In this document: positions 14,039 to 27,301 of the stretch, in pieces
How the letters are laid out: each line of letters begins with the position of its first letter
How positions within the stretch are numbered: position 1 is the stretch's first letter
From: Lingula anatina
Lineage: Eukaryota; Animalia; Brachiopoda
Reading direction: 5' to 3'
DNA length: 64,000 nucleotides
NCBI GenBank assembly: GCA_051362555.1
Contig: CM120642.1
Location: forward strand, 12,896,001 to 12,960,000
Position numbers and translations under genes: made by a program
Notes under the pieces: generated by a model
Database searches by the model: none
What the model was told of the DNA's origin: nothing
Seen by the model: only the letters and a program-made list of their open reading frames with translations

Positions 14039-17000
14039 AGAGAGAGAGACTTAGACCGAAGGAATTTCCAATAAAATACAAAATCAATGCCCCCCCCCCC
14101 CCCCAAACAAAAATAGACAGAAATATACAACCAAGTCGCCCAGACAGTCTAAATTGCGGAGGCGCAAAAGGCAACAAGGGTCTCCGACCTCTTATCGCTG
14201 TGTGGCTTCAAGGTGTCTTTACTGTCTATGTTGGTAAAAATACATTGCATGAGACGTAATATTATGGCTCTTCCGCTAAGGTAAAGATAACCGTTTAGCC
14301 CAATTTGGAGTCGGAAAGATTAGAAAATAGATAAAAAAATCCCGTTTGCTGCAATAAGTTATTGTATCTAATTGTGACGCCTGTGGGGTAAGAAAAAGTC
14401 CACAAACGAACACATCATATAGGAAATATCAGAGCGAAACACTCCACTAAAACGGCTTTTGTTCGTGATTTTATACTTTTTACACTTCTTCTCTAAATAC
14501 CTTTTAAGAGCTTTGCCTTTTTAATTCTTCTTCAAAATGTTAGCTTTTTTATTGAAATACTGGCTCTCGTACATAGTACATGTATTATTGCATGCTGAGA
14601 AAAAAACCACCCAATGATTAATACTGAAAAAAGATTGACATTAGGATGTGGGTAGATTTGTATACTTAAATAATTTCTCCAACTGAGAAAATGGTGTTAA
14701 ACGGAGCTAAACCGATAGAGAAAATAATTTTCCCCAAAATATTTGCCCTAATTTTCCTTGAGGGAAGTGTGGGTTGTAAATTGTATGAAGGTGAGCTCGA
14801 CCACGAAAACCACCTTAGATACTAATAAACGTCAGCACGGACCTGTGACCAATACCGGACACAGACACATTCAACTTGTGCTGCTTTAGAAATAAATTAA
14901 TCTGAAACATTCTGGCCTTTGTCTTGAAAAAGGGGCACACCTGATACCAATAATTAGAGAAATAATAGTAATGATTTTTGTTAAACGTGTGCTTCATAGA
15001 AAGAGACACTTTTTGCTTAGGAATGCAATGTGTCGTTTTTTTTTTTATCTAAGAACAACTACGTTGTGTAGTGTGTCATTTATACATGTTGATATGAATT
15101 TGGACTCATGATAAAAACACCTCCAGTATAATGACTTAGTGCACGACAAACTTTTTTCAAGTTCAAAAACATGTTTCACCAAATCATTGTTTAATGGGTG
15201 TAATGGGTTCAACCATCCCCGAACAGAGTTGCGTTTATAGATTTTATTGTAAAATCATGTTGTAAACTGGTATCTGAATTTTTATTTTTGATTCATCAAT
15301 AAAAGTCTTTTGCCAAGAATTTATTATTATCAGATATAGTTTACTGTTTTCTAGGCGTGAAACCTTAAGTTCTTTGTTTCAGACTGTTTGTGCGGCTGCA
15401 CTACTGTGGCATCCTTCTTGACCAGTCGCTAGGACTAAATAGAAGACGGAACGATGAAGAAACTGCGAAACGAAAGAAGGCGAGTTTATGCTAATCCAAG
15501 TAGACACCGCAGTATAACCTCACTTGCTGAATCGGATCACAGAAAAACGAAGAATCTTTTCATTGAAAAAAGATTTTTATTTAAAAGATTTTTCCTCTAG
15601 GAAACACACTATTTTAATCGAATTTTTGTACCACATTTAGATACTAACTACCTCCAAAGTCTGAATCCTGCCTTTGTATAAACTGCCATTTGTTAACATT
15701 GCTTTAAGATAAAAAGTTTTTTTCTTTCCTGAAAAGGTATTTTTTTTCCTAACACGTTTATGTCGTGATTTACAGAAACCCGCTTTCATGAGTATCAAGC
15801 ACGAGGCCGGTTCCCCGGATGTACCACCCGAAGAAAAACCGCCAATGATATACGTGTGCGCCACCATGTGGCACGAGACTGAGAACGAGATGATACAGTT
15901 TCTGAAGTCACTGTTAAGGTGAGTTTCACCAGATGGCGTTACTTTCAAAGCAATGTTCATGTGTAATTCGTACTGACAGTAACAATTATCTTTTCATAAT
16001 AATAATGATAACAATAATAACGTTATGAATTTCGCAAATGGAAAGCGGCAATCCTCGTTTTCCTTGATTGAAATGTGTTAAAGGGATAATAACTCTTTGT
16101 TTCAGCCAAAAAATGAATTTTCCTGGAGTAAACAACAATTTTCCCATACTTACCAATGGTCAATGAATCCATTTTTACATTCAAAGTTAGTCCCTGGTTT
16201 TTTTCTAAAAATTTTGGTTTTTTGTTAAAATCTCTTAAGAGATTTTAACAGGGTATAACCATCAATGGAGGTCACGTGGTCTAAAGACAAGCTCAGATAT
16301 CATAATAATAGCTATAACTGCCGTTTTTGTGGTAAAACAGAATATATTATATTTCTATGAGTTATTCACAATGTTTTTATTGTGAAATATAGATGCCATA
16401 CGAAGAGTTATTATCCCTTTAATCGTTTTAACTGATTTGGTAACCCAAAGAGCGAATGCACATAGTTTATCCCTGGTTTACACATGCTTGGTCTCGTTTC
16501 TCTTAGGCTGGACGCAGACCAAGGCACCAGAAAACTGGCCAGAGACCATGACCTCCTGGGAGAAGGGGTTAAAGACCAGGACTACTATGAAATGGAAGGT
16601 GAGTTTGCACTGAACAAAAGGGAGTCCGGTTTTTCATCTGCCTTTAACCTTGCTTGGAATAATCCTAGGGTTTTTCGAGTGTGTTTAAGGTCGCATGTGT
16701 GAAATAATACAACGTCACATACAGTGTATAGGGGCGGACGGAAGTCCTCATCTGGGTCTTCCTGAAGACGGTCAAAATTTTTAAAGGTTACTTTGATGGG
16801 CATCTAATTTTTTCTGTCGGAAAATGGTCAAAAATTGGAGGATGGATTAACAAAGAACATTTGGAAGACTGTCAGAAAATATCTCCGGATCCGCCCCCGG
16901 TGTATGCCAGAACACCTGGAGCGTCAGCGAAAAGTGTTCAAGGTATATAGTGCGAGAGGCTGATATTGTATTATTTGACATACATAGGGAGAATAGTCGC

Positions 17001-17553
17001 ATTTACCGAAAAACACCCATCAAACTGAATAAAGCGTACATTGCCACGGTCACATTTAATACCATGTCTAGGTGTGTATATAAAATGGCCAACAAAGCGA
17101 AGGAGGGGAGATAAATGTCCCGATTTAATGTACTTCTCATATGTGAACATATTTATAACAGCGAAAGGGTATCTTTCAGGTCATATATTTTTCGATGATG
17201 CGTTTGAAGCTCACGAGGAAGGTAGCACTAACTATAATGTGAACAGCTTTGTGAAACTCCTGGTTAAAGTAATGGACACGGCGGCGATGTAAGTTTTGTC
17301 TTGCAAACTTCTTGGAATTTGAAATGTACTATGTTACATTTTATTGTTTTGTAGATTTGTAGGCCTACTTCCATTATAGTATATCAGTTTAAATGGTAAC
17401 TGTTTTATTGCTCTGAAAATGCTTTTGGATAAAAGACATGCATTTTAATGGCACTTTTTCCTACGCATGTATCACAGCTTGAAAAATTATGAGTTGTATG
17501 ACCTAAATATACTATACTTAAAAGGTTTGATAAATGAAAAATACTGCTGTCCC

Positions 17554-17589
<36 letters not shown>

Positions 17590-20500
17590 CACTGAAAAGA
17601 ACACGTGATTAAGCGTCCCTGGTAATGGTACATTCTAGGGCTGTCTATAAGGAGAAGATTCAAATTGACCCCCCAGTTAAGCGCCCTACACCGTACGGAG
17701 GTCAGCTTGAGTGGACATTACCCGGTGAGAACAAACTGGTGGCCCACCTCAAGGACAAGGTCAAGATCAGACACAGGAAAAGATGGAGTCAGGTATTCAA
17801 AAGGGACTGATTAAGTCTAGCCCAAGCAGGGCGGTGTGGGAGGGACTGTTGATGTTAAATTGCAGAAGAAAATATCATGAAATGTGCTTTAACCATAGGT
17901 ACGAGTAAAAGGGCGAAGAGAATTACCTTTATTATTTGCCTACCTTTTGCACTCCTTTCACCTTTAACCTCTATTTTGAGTAAATAAGAAGACCCAAAAG
18001 GATCAATTATTACGGAAGTTCACACAAAAACACACAGTGTGGTTAAGAAGAAAATTGTTCTTCAATCAACAGATAATATTTACATCTAATATTACCAACA
18101 GCATTGATTGACTGAAGAAAAATTACTTTATTCTTATAACATAACGCAACTGATGGTATTTTTCTCTGACGTATCGTGGTTATTTGGTTTTGAAGTATAG
18201 AGCTGACACTGAAATATCTCCTGGAAATGATGTGGTGTTTGTGTCACTTTCAGGTGATGTACATGTATTACTTCTTGGGACACCGGTTATACCAGAACAC
18301 AGAGGACAGGCGCAGTTTGATCAACACGGCGGACAACACATTTGTCTTGGCCCTAGACGGCGATGTAGACTTCCAACCGTCTGCTGTAAAAATTCTCGTC
18401 GATTTGATGAAGAGGAACAGTAAAGTCGGCGCTGCCTGTGGTAGGATACACCCTATCGGTTCAGGTTAGTTGAAAATACATGACCTCAAATGTAATGTGT
18501 TAGTTGTGACATGTGATTGTCATATTGAACAGAAGCTGACAAGCGTGCCAAGGCCAACAAACAGTTAATCTTGTTAATACCACTTTTGATTGATGATAAG
18601 AAAAAGTGAATATTAATTGGTTTCAGGTAACCATGTTTAGACGATGATTAATTTGCCAAGTAATATGAATAATGCATTAAAATACTAATATGCATATAAT
18701 TAACCGTAATTAAACTTTTCAGAATTATCATAGATACTTATGAAAAAAATGTTTCGTTTCATATTAGGGCCCGTCGTATGGTACCAGAAATTTGAATATG
18801 CTGTCTCTCATTGGTTCCAAAAAGCAACAGAACATATAATTGGCTGTGTGCTTTGCAGTCCCGGATGTTTCAGTTTGTTTCGCGGGTCTGCTCTCATGGA
18901 CAACAACGTGATGGCGAAATATGCAGAGAAACCACAGGAAGCTATGCACTATCTTCAATATGATCAAGGTACAAATGATGTTACTTATTCTCTTTGTTAA
19001 AATTTATATGCCGCCACTGATCATCCACTTTAGATAACAAACAAACGAAAAATTATTTTACCCAGCTAAAAAAAAAATGCAGTGAGAAAATTAAACAACT
19101 ATTTGAATGGTTTTTCTACTATTTTGTTTATGTAGCTGATTTAAAACTTATCGCTTAACAATATCTTTAACAACAAGGTACAACATTTTTCTTGTTACAC
19201 GATGAATTGCATATTTTACATTTCCAGATTTATGTTTTTATCTCTGTTCTTTTCTCTATTTCAGGTGAAGACAGATGGCTATGCACACTTCTTCTCCAGC
19301 AAGGCTATCGTGTGGAGTACAGCGCCGCCTCAGACGCTCTGACCTACGCTCCGGAGGGCTTCGACGAGTTCTTTAACCAACGAAGGCGGTGGACACCGTC
19401 AACTATGGCAAACATTCTCGACTTGGTAATGAGTTTCAAGCGCACTGTGAAAAACAACGAGGATATCTCCATGTTGTACATTTTCTACCAAGCTGCACTG
19501 TTGATGTCGTCTGCTCTTGGACCGGGTACCATATTTTTGATGGTCGTTGGGGCGCTTCAAACAGCGTTTGCGCAGTACATGGACCTCTGGACAGCGTTCT
19601 TCTGTAACTTGGTTCCAGTGCTGATTTTCATAATTTTGTGCTATGTGACCAAGAGCAAGGTTCAGGTTTGTACGATTAATGTTGATTTATGCTAATTCTT
19701 ATTTAATGAATAATAAATGCAAAACTCTCATTTGTTGACTTAGCAATTTTACTCAGTGTTTTGGATATTGTTTTCTTATTGTTATTTTTTTTTGTATTCA
19801 GCTTATCGTGGCATTCATCCTGTCGGCAATCTACGCTCTAGTCATGGCCTTAGTGCTGGTCGCCATTAGCATCCAGATAGCCACGGAAGGCCCTTGTTCT
19901 CCGAGCGCCATATTTCTCTTTTTCGTCGCGGGGAGTTTCGTGCTGGCCGCTATTCTTCATCCACAAGAGTTCACCAATATACTGAATGGGTTCCTGTACT
20001 TTTTAGCCATTCCTTGCACGTATCTGCTTCTGTTTATTTACTCCATGTGTAATCTTCACGTGGTATCGTGGGGAACACGTGAGGTTACGGCAGCCAAGAC
20101 ACCCGAACAGATAGCGGCGGAGAAAAAACTTGAAGAAGAGAAGAAAAAGAGGGAAGGCCCACTAGCAGAATTACTAGGTCTGGGCAAGACCAATCAGAAC
20201 GTCGGCGGGTCCACATGTTCCATATTCAACCTACTGCGATGTGTGTGGTGTCCTAAACCAAAGCCAGACTTGGAAAGGGAACGACTGGCAGCCATTTTGG
20301 ACAAATTGGACAATCTCGAAAGGAAAATAATTGGAGACGAAGAAGCTGGTGGGTTATATTTCCTCCTCCCTTCTCTCTTTCTTTCTCTCATTTATATCAA
20401 TAACGAAGTTTGTCCAATCGCGAATACAAAGATAAAATTATCCAAATAAGATATACTTGAAAGGCAATCATAATTTACATTGGTTTATTTACTGCTAATT

Positions 20501-22091
20501 TGACCTACTTGTATAATTTTGAAATATATATTGGGTGATTGAGTCTCCAGTTGGTTATATAATTGTAAGACCAATGCTTATTACACAGATTCACATTCAC
20601 ATGGTCGAACAAGAGTGGGCAGTAATTCTTCAGCAAGACTTTCTGCTGTTCCCGAAGACGAAGTTTTAGAGGATCAACCTTCTAACATATTGTCTCCGGC
20701 AAGTCCTTCCGGTATGTCCTTTGCTTATAATTGTACTACTGCTCCTACACAAATGAATACTGTTGAAATCACGTCACTTTCAAATACTAAATCATCTTGG
20801 AAAGCCACGCGGAATAACTTATATTTTGTTTGAAACAAATTTAAGCGTTAGACCAGCGTTGACGGTCGCTGTGGGTTGTTTAATTATCTTAATAACATGA
20901 CAAATAATAAAGATTTCATATGGAGGAAAATGGGTTTGTTCTTGACAAACCCCCAGATGTATTCATGTTTTATTTGACTGAGTCTTTTCCTATTATCTTC
21001 CCCTCACAGATAACGAGGCTCCGTATGACCACGTGCAAAGAGATGACATGTTCAACCCGTATTGGGCCGAGAATAAAGACCTTGGCAACAACAAGATCGT
21101 CCACTTAAAACAGAACGAAGTTGTTTTCTGGAAAGATCTTATCAAGAAATATCTTTATCCCCTAGAAAGCGACAAGGCACACCAAGAACAAGTTGCGAAA
21201 GACCTTAAAGAGCTGAGAAATAAAGTCACCCTTGGAATTTTCATTGTGAATGCTCTGTTCGTGGTCGTTGTTTTTACCTTGCAACTAGCGAAGGAAGCCA
21301 CGCAAGGAGTCACGTTACCATGGCCATTAAAGTGTCCAGGATATGTAGGATCAGATACCCTGCGACTGGAACCAATTGGAACTGTTTTTCTCCTTTTCTT
21401 CGGCGTGGTTTTGCTGATTCAGTTGATTGCAATGGTGTTTCATCGCCTGGCAACGTTCTGGCACATCATCGCCACCACCAAAATGTTGGCCACGGATCAC
21501 GTGCAAGACGCGCTGGAAGCAGTGAGATCTTTAATCAGAGATAAACCTAAAGACGCAACTCTGAGTTTGGGATCATCTGGTAGTATAGTGAACCTAGACA
21601 CAGATGCAATGGCCATGAAGAGAACCCGTACTTTCAGAGGATTCGATCAGAGAGGAAAAAAGGTGAAGAGGACAACAACGATTCGGGAAGTGTTCGACAA
21701 GAAATTTGCTGCTCTTGGACAAGAACTGAACGAAAACGATGAAATATACGATGATGTTTATAACACAGTCGGCATCACATCTGGCATGTCTCGAAAACGC
21801 TCAGTGCGCGCGCTCAAATCATGGCGCCAGAGGCGAGAAAAGTTATTCAACCAAGAACGGCTCAATGAAATCAACCAGCAGTGGGACTTGTCACCACAAG
21901 ATATAAATCGCGAAAGAAATAATCTTCGAAAGAGTTTTCTTCGAAATAAACGTGGTCGAGGTCGTGAACCACTTAGTCATGTCACAGAAGATCCAGAATC
22001 TGGAAGAAGTAGTCGTAACCTAAGCGGTAATGACTCTGACGACGCCAACCCATCTTCTGTGCACGTCAATATGGCAAGGACCGACATGTAG
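4017..22091 (+). CDS. CHS: Chitin synthase (GT2 family), ~1669 aa, 15 coding exons; no N-terminal myosin motor domain seen
   Basis: Exons 4017-4255, 11395-12043, 12186-12989, 13194-13351, 15383-15479, 15776-15918, 16507-16598, 17180-17288, 17639-17792, 18254-18464, 18768-18968, 19265-19665, 19802-20348, 20589-20711, 21010-22091. All junction phases match; total 5010 nt. Motifs [63 protein letters not shown] and SWGTRE are intact. Confidence 0.96.
7270..7889 (+). mobile_element. 5'-truncated non-LTR retrotransposon 3' end (L2/CR1 group) in chitin synthase intron
   Basis: ORF 7277-7684 [13 protein letters not shown]...[27 protein letters not shown]...[17 protein letters not shown]...[10 protein letters not shown] is the typical post-RT C-terminus. 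3' stem-loop GCACT-gagacgctagtgt-AGTGC (7828-7850), AATAAA and (ATT)n tail to 7889. Confidence 0.88.
10886..11016 (+). CDS. CHS: Candidate alternative first coding exon of chitin synthase ([43 protein letters not shown])
   Basis: AAAATGG start context, 43 open codons + AG, then AAG|GTAGAA donor in phase 2, the same phase as exon 4017-4255 and in frame with the acceptor at 11395. Upstream ATTGG (10453), TGACGTC (10563) and CTTCCGG (10586) motifs. Confidence 0.6.
14007..14049. repeat. Compound microsatellite (TG)n-(AG)n
   Basis: Directly visible dinucleotide runs in a chitin synthase intron. Confidence 0.95.
16729..16899. mobile_element. MITE with TAGGGGCGGA...TCCGCCCCCG termini and 5-bp TSD GTGTA (hAT-like)
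   Basis: GTGTA at 16724-16728 and 16900-16904 flanks 10-bp imperfect TIRs; 171 bp, non-coding. Confidence 0.7.
17559..17588. repeat. (CA)n microsatellite
   Basis: Visible run just upstream of chitin synthase exon 17639. Confidence 0.95.
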
Positions 22092-22739
22092 ATTTTGGAT
22101 TCTTCATATTGTAGAATCATTCAACCCTTTTAGAGTAAATAACTAGTATGACCACTCATTCAAGACTGACCGCGTTACAACATAGGCTATTAATTCAGGA
22201 CATTTTAAAAGGTCTACATGGGCTCCTAGACTGTAATTGTTAAAAACTGTATAGGCTCATTAAAACGAGTGACGGAGAGGTTGAGATAGCCTAGATTGGT
22301 CCTTGTTTTTTCTTAATTGTGAGAAATTCTGTTGCGTTATATGCCTATATGCCCAGTCATTGTTCGATGCCGTTTTTAAACTGAAATAAGATGCATTGTA
22401 GATTCTGTAAGATATTGTTGATAACATGTGAATATTTTTGTTGTGTCTGAAAGATTTTTGCGATAAGTGATATTGCGCGAACACATTGTATACTAATTGA
22501 ATATATAAGAATAATGATGTGTTAATTACCTTGATTATTTAACGGACTGTAACCTTGTCCTATTATCTTCATATGCCTTTAATGCTTATAAAACACAGCA
22601 TTCACTAAATCTACCTCCAATATATTTAATTGTTTTTTTTATGATTTAGATTAAAATTGTATTGTATATAAGAATAATTGGATATCAGTGCTGGTCACGA
22701 AACCCAGTTACATGCTCATTTAATTCTTTTATGTACTCT

Positions 22740-22745
22740 AATAAA
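22740..22745 (+). terminator. Candidate polyadenylation signal of chitin synthase
   Basis: AATAAA ~650 nt after the stop codon, followed ~20 nt later by GT-rich TTGCTGTGTTTGCTTT. Confidence 0.4.
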
Positions 22746-23884
22746 TTAGGAAGTCAAATATTGCTGTGTTTGCTTTAATCAGGCAGTATTTGCCAAGATA
22801 GCATGGAGTGAACGGGCCTAAATAAGGCCTCACACTGCTTATCTGTTGTCCCATGGACTATTGTCAAAGATGGGCGAATATGTCATTTCAGCTGACCAAA
22901 TGCAACGGTTGCACGGCCCCGATGAAAATCGCAGCAGCTTTAATGTTATACCATGAATTCTCTTTCTGATACTTATGTACAGAAGCGAATCACAACTACA
23001 CAACGTATATCGAATTGAATAATTTTTATTGACATAATTATAGAAGCGTTCATTATATTGCCATGTCAAAAATCTTCTGTATTAATGGACAAACAACTAA
23101 TTGAGAAAATATTGGAACATGCCTAGAAAGAAACTGAATTGCCGCGAACCGAAGCACGACATAAGAAGACAACTGGACATAGCATAGAGCAGCGTCTTAG
23201 CAATGTAACCATCGTATCAAGACTACTGCAGTAATATGGATAGCTATTTCCAAGATTATATTGTGATGTTTCACTAACCGTCCCTAGGCAAATGTTTTCT
23301 AGACTAACAATTTTCAGACAGACCCTATTTCAAAAAGTGTTAACGTTTTTTTTTTAATAAAAAAGAATTCACTAACATACTTAGCCAATTGCACAACATG
23401 TAATAGCGCTTTGAAAAAAGACCCACAATGCATATTTGTTGAAACGTGCATTTTGATCAACATATCTGAACCGCCAATCCGTGCGACATAGCTATATAAA
23501 ATTAAATTCATTACACTGTACAAAGTATTTTAGTTTTTTTCAAGGTAAACAACTGTCTTACATTACATTCAATGAAACTCGATCAGAACTACATGTACAT
23601 GTATGTTCGTTTTAAAAGGACAGAGGATGTTGTAGGCAATTATATTTGCACAACAAGCTATAAGGGGAGACAGAGAGAATGCTTCCTGATCCACAATAAT
23701 TCATCGGAGTTGAAAAACATGAGAAAAAGTTTTTTCTCCTTGGAATTTGATAATCTAATATTCGTAGAATTTTGCTTTCATAAATGAAACAAATAAGCAT
23801 GACACAACAAACATTTATATTAATAAAACAATAGGATGATGTTTAACTCGTCCTTTTGAGCAACATCAATCATTGGGGTCAAAT

Positions 23885-26800
23885 TTAGATCACGTTTTGC
23901 CTCAGAGCGGACCTTTGCTCGGCCAAAAGCGCGGTTCGTTCGAACCTCTGAAACCTTACCTGCCTACGGGTCTGCTTGAATGTTACGTCACCACGACGTT
24001 TCTTTACAGGACACATGCGGCAAGGCGCTCCACGAAACCGCGGACTACTAACACTAAAGCCCATAATACATGCTCCTTGCAGTAAGCTGAACGCGAACGA
24101 TGCTATCCACAGGGCACCAGAGTCCTCCAACATGGCAAAGTATTCAAAGCAAAAAGAAAAACACATCAGTAAACTGACCGTCAAGCACATTGCAAAAAGG
24201 TGACAACTGCCAGAGGAAAACGCGTTTGATATTCGCGACTGGGTTGTGCTTTGCAAAACAAAAAGCGCGCCAACGGATAGAGCAAGGATAAGCAACATGA
24301 CTAGACCCATCGGCAAAACCATAAGATAAAGCACGGCAGTAGAGCCTGTTAAACGACATGTTGTATTGCTGCCATATACAATATCAATGGCAGAACATTG
24401 GCAAAAATGTAGGACCGTGGATAACAGGATAGGAATGAGGGGGGAAACGTAAGCCAAGGCAGCATTAACGAAAAAGCTTGAAGTCCCGTCTTTAATGACC
24501 AATGCATCTTCGTTGTGTATTTCAAAAATATAGAAAAAACTGCGGATTGACACAAGCGACCACGTAAAGGCGACCAGCTGGAAGTAGTGGGATAAGATGC
24601 CTATGGCTTTACAGAGTGGCGCCATCTGATGGTTTCCTGCAACAACATCGAGGAGGATAAGGAGGTGTAGAAGAAAAACGTTTGCAACATGGTGTTTGTT
24701 GTATTCATCAACCACAGTGCAAAGATTTGGGGAAATAAGGTAACGCATAAACACCAGGAAAATCCATGCCATAGACACAAGATTCAAACTAAGGAATACA
24801 TAACCTAAATCTAGTGTATTGTCCATCAAGCTTGTGACATGAACTGTCTTTAAACTAGTATATGCTTTAAGACAGATGTGCAGATTTCCTTTAGCCTCAT
24901 CAATGGAGAAATGCTCTTTTTGTATTACCCCTACTTTGTTTTTTAAATAAATGGCGTTGTTGCTTTGACTTATAATTTCGGATGTTGGAAGAATTACCAC
25001 ATTACAATACGGCTTGCCCCTATTCATTGCGTAATCCGTCCATGACATCAGCGGATGCATTGTTAAGTACTCCTCGCATTTCGGACAATACCTCAACAGT
25101 GCATGGTACGTCACATTCCAAACATCTGTCTCTAGTGGATATGCCGTTTCGAAATCTTCAACCAGCCCACGATACTGATATAAAAATTCAATAAGATTAT
25201 TCTCTGGCTCATGTGCCACTTTCATCTGCGCGGGAAAATAGTGACTTCTGCCATCTAGTCCTGCCGTTAAAAGTGCATCATGAAAAAACGATACCACTTC
25301 CGAATTACCAATAGGTATATTTTTGTTAGAGCGTATTTTCATGTGTTTTGCGAACACATAAGGTGAAATATTTTGCATCACGCTCTGACAGGAATGATTC
25401 CACGCAGCATTACCAGGGAAACAGTCAAGGTCGAGGCATCCTCCCTGTAGCAAAGATGATATGAATACTGTATACGGAAGAAAACATTTTACTCATGCAA
25501 CTTATACGATATGCTTGGTCTTAATTGAAACCGTGAAACAGAAAGCGAAGTTGCCTTAAGAGAAACAGATATATCCAGAAGTGCCATAATTCGGCAAATA
25601 ATAATGAATTAATTGATAACGGAGTCTTTTTTCTTTTCACCGGTAAGTCACCTTGTGTGGAGGCACCCGCAAGAGTAACAGCAATTAGAATTGCAATTGT
25701 GATAACACACAACATAAATGAAATTATGATTGGAAGCTTACCTGACCATCGGGCATTTGATTATCATCACAGCTATGCAGATCTATTGGCCAAAACCCGT
25801 TGTGTGGTACTATTTTGTTCCAGTTCAGGTTTACTGTGAAAGTGCTCATGACACCCGCGTCCTCCACTGGCGTTAACACATCCTCTGAAATATTAGAGAA
25901 GAAGCCTATGTCACAAGCGACATTGATAGTTATTGTTTGTACCCATGCCGAGAAATGTTTTAAATGTCGATATGTAACTTTTGTATGCCATAAGACGCAG
26001 ATGTGTGTATTTGCAAGTTTCGTTTTGGTGAAAGCTCAGCTGTTATAGTTAACATGTATTCCTTCCTGGGTTTTCGTACAGTTGCTAAGTTATGCAACAT
26101 GCACAGTGGACAAAAAGTAAAGGAAGAAGCGGAATTATATAACTGAATGGGAAAATGAATTGATTAATTTGTTAATAAATATATATTTATTCCAATTAAC
26201 TAAGAACAATTCAACTCACCAACTGGGCACACGTAACTGGTTGTTAAATGACGTTTTAGGTTGACGTCATTCCCGCAACTGAGACACTGGAGATCGCGAA
26301 ATATTCGTCTGCGCGGGATTGGGTCCACTTGGATTAATTCTACAGGGTTAGGTTGATATTTTTTCTCGGAGACATGATCAGGCTCCATGTCAAATGGATC
26401 ACAGAAGCTGTCGCTCTCATTCTCAGTGCAGGGCTCTGTATAATCCTCCTTTTCCCAACAATGTCGAATCGTAGGCGACGTCTCTTCTCTAAATCGCAAG
26501 CGACAGTGGCGTGCATCTAGGTCTTGTAATATAGTTATTGGGTTTAGTCGACTTGGTTCTTCAATTTCAGGTCTTAGCACATACGATCTACGCCCAAAGT
26601 CGCAGGTTATTATAGGGTTCCATTTTAGAACATGTTGGGGAGAAAGCCCGTTACAGACTGCGCAGTAGATATTAGGGTACGACACGCCGGTGTCCGGATC
26701 AGAAACTGGTAGAAAGGACCATGGGATTGAGGGGACAGGGTCTTTGGCACACTGTGACCGAAATATATGCGCGTGGTCGGGGCATGAGGTGATGAAAAGA

Positions 26801-27156
26801 TTTTTTTGTCGCCAATCTCTTCCTGCCGCCTCCATCGTCAGTAATGGTCCATAATCGGAGGGGACCGTCATACACTTCGTATCATTTGACTTCAACTTAT
26901 ATTTTTCGGCCTGTGTCTTATCGATTGGTGGACTGTTTTCTAGGCGCTTACCACATCGTTTTTCGAAATCATCACAACAGTCATAGTACGGTTCAAGTTG
27001 ACAAGTCCAGTGGCAACTGCAGGTGACCTTCAAAAAAAGGTCCCCATCGACTCCACATGTCCACTCGTTGGGAGTGATCAAGAGCGGAGGATGCGGATGG
27101 AATAACGTTTTGGATACCAGCATAGCAAAGGTTACAACAACTGTCAACGGGTCCAT
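23885..27156 (-). CDS. Class B (secretin/adhesion/Methuselah-like) 7TM receptor with N-terminal somatomedin-B-like domain, ~879 aa, 3 exons
   Basis: Exons 27156-26220, 25884-25742, 25444-23885 (phases 1 and 0 match; 2640 nt). Signal-peptide-like start; SMB-like CSCHWTCQLEPYYDCCDDFEKRC; PVSDPDTGVSYPNIYCAVCN motif; seven hydrophobic segments with class-B-like CKAIGILSHYFQLVAFTWS (TM3) and FSLLQG (TM7). Confidence 0.88.
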
Positions 27157-27270
27157 GACACTATTTGTTGCGCGTCACAAGTCTCTTTACTAAACGTCTA
27201 TGTAATCTATGCCGGTGGGTGTTGTGCCCAAACTAACTCAAACTTCTTTGTGGTGTTATTGTGAAATGCT

Positions 27271-27282
27271 GCCTTTATATAG
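27271..27282 (-). promoter_or_regulatory. TATA box of the 7TM receptor gene
   Basis: Minus strand reads CTATATAAAGGC, about 120 nt upstream of ATG 27156. Confidence 0.55.
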
Positions 27283-27301
27283 TCATGGACGTTATTTCGA
27301 G

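Noticed and set aside
25445-25469. Alternative acceptor at 25468 for the last receptor exon
   Set aside because: Wrong phase for the phase-0 donor at 25742; the acceptor at 25445 restores the frame.
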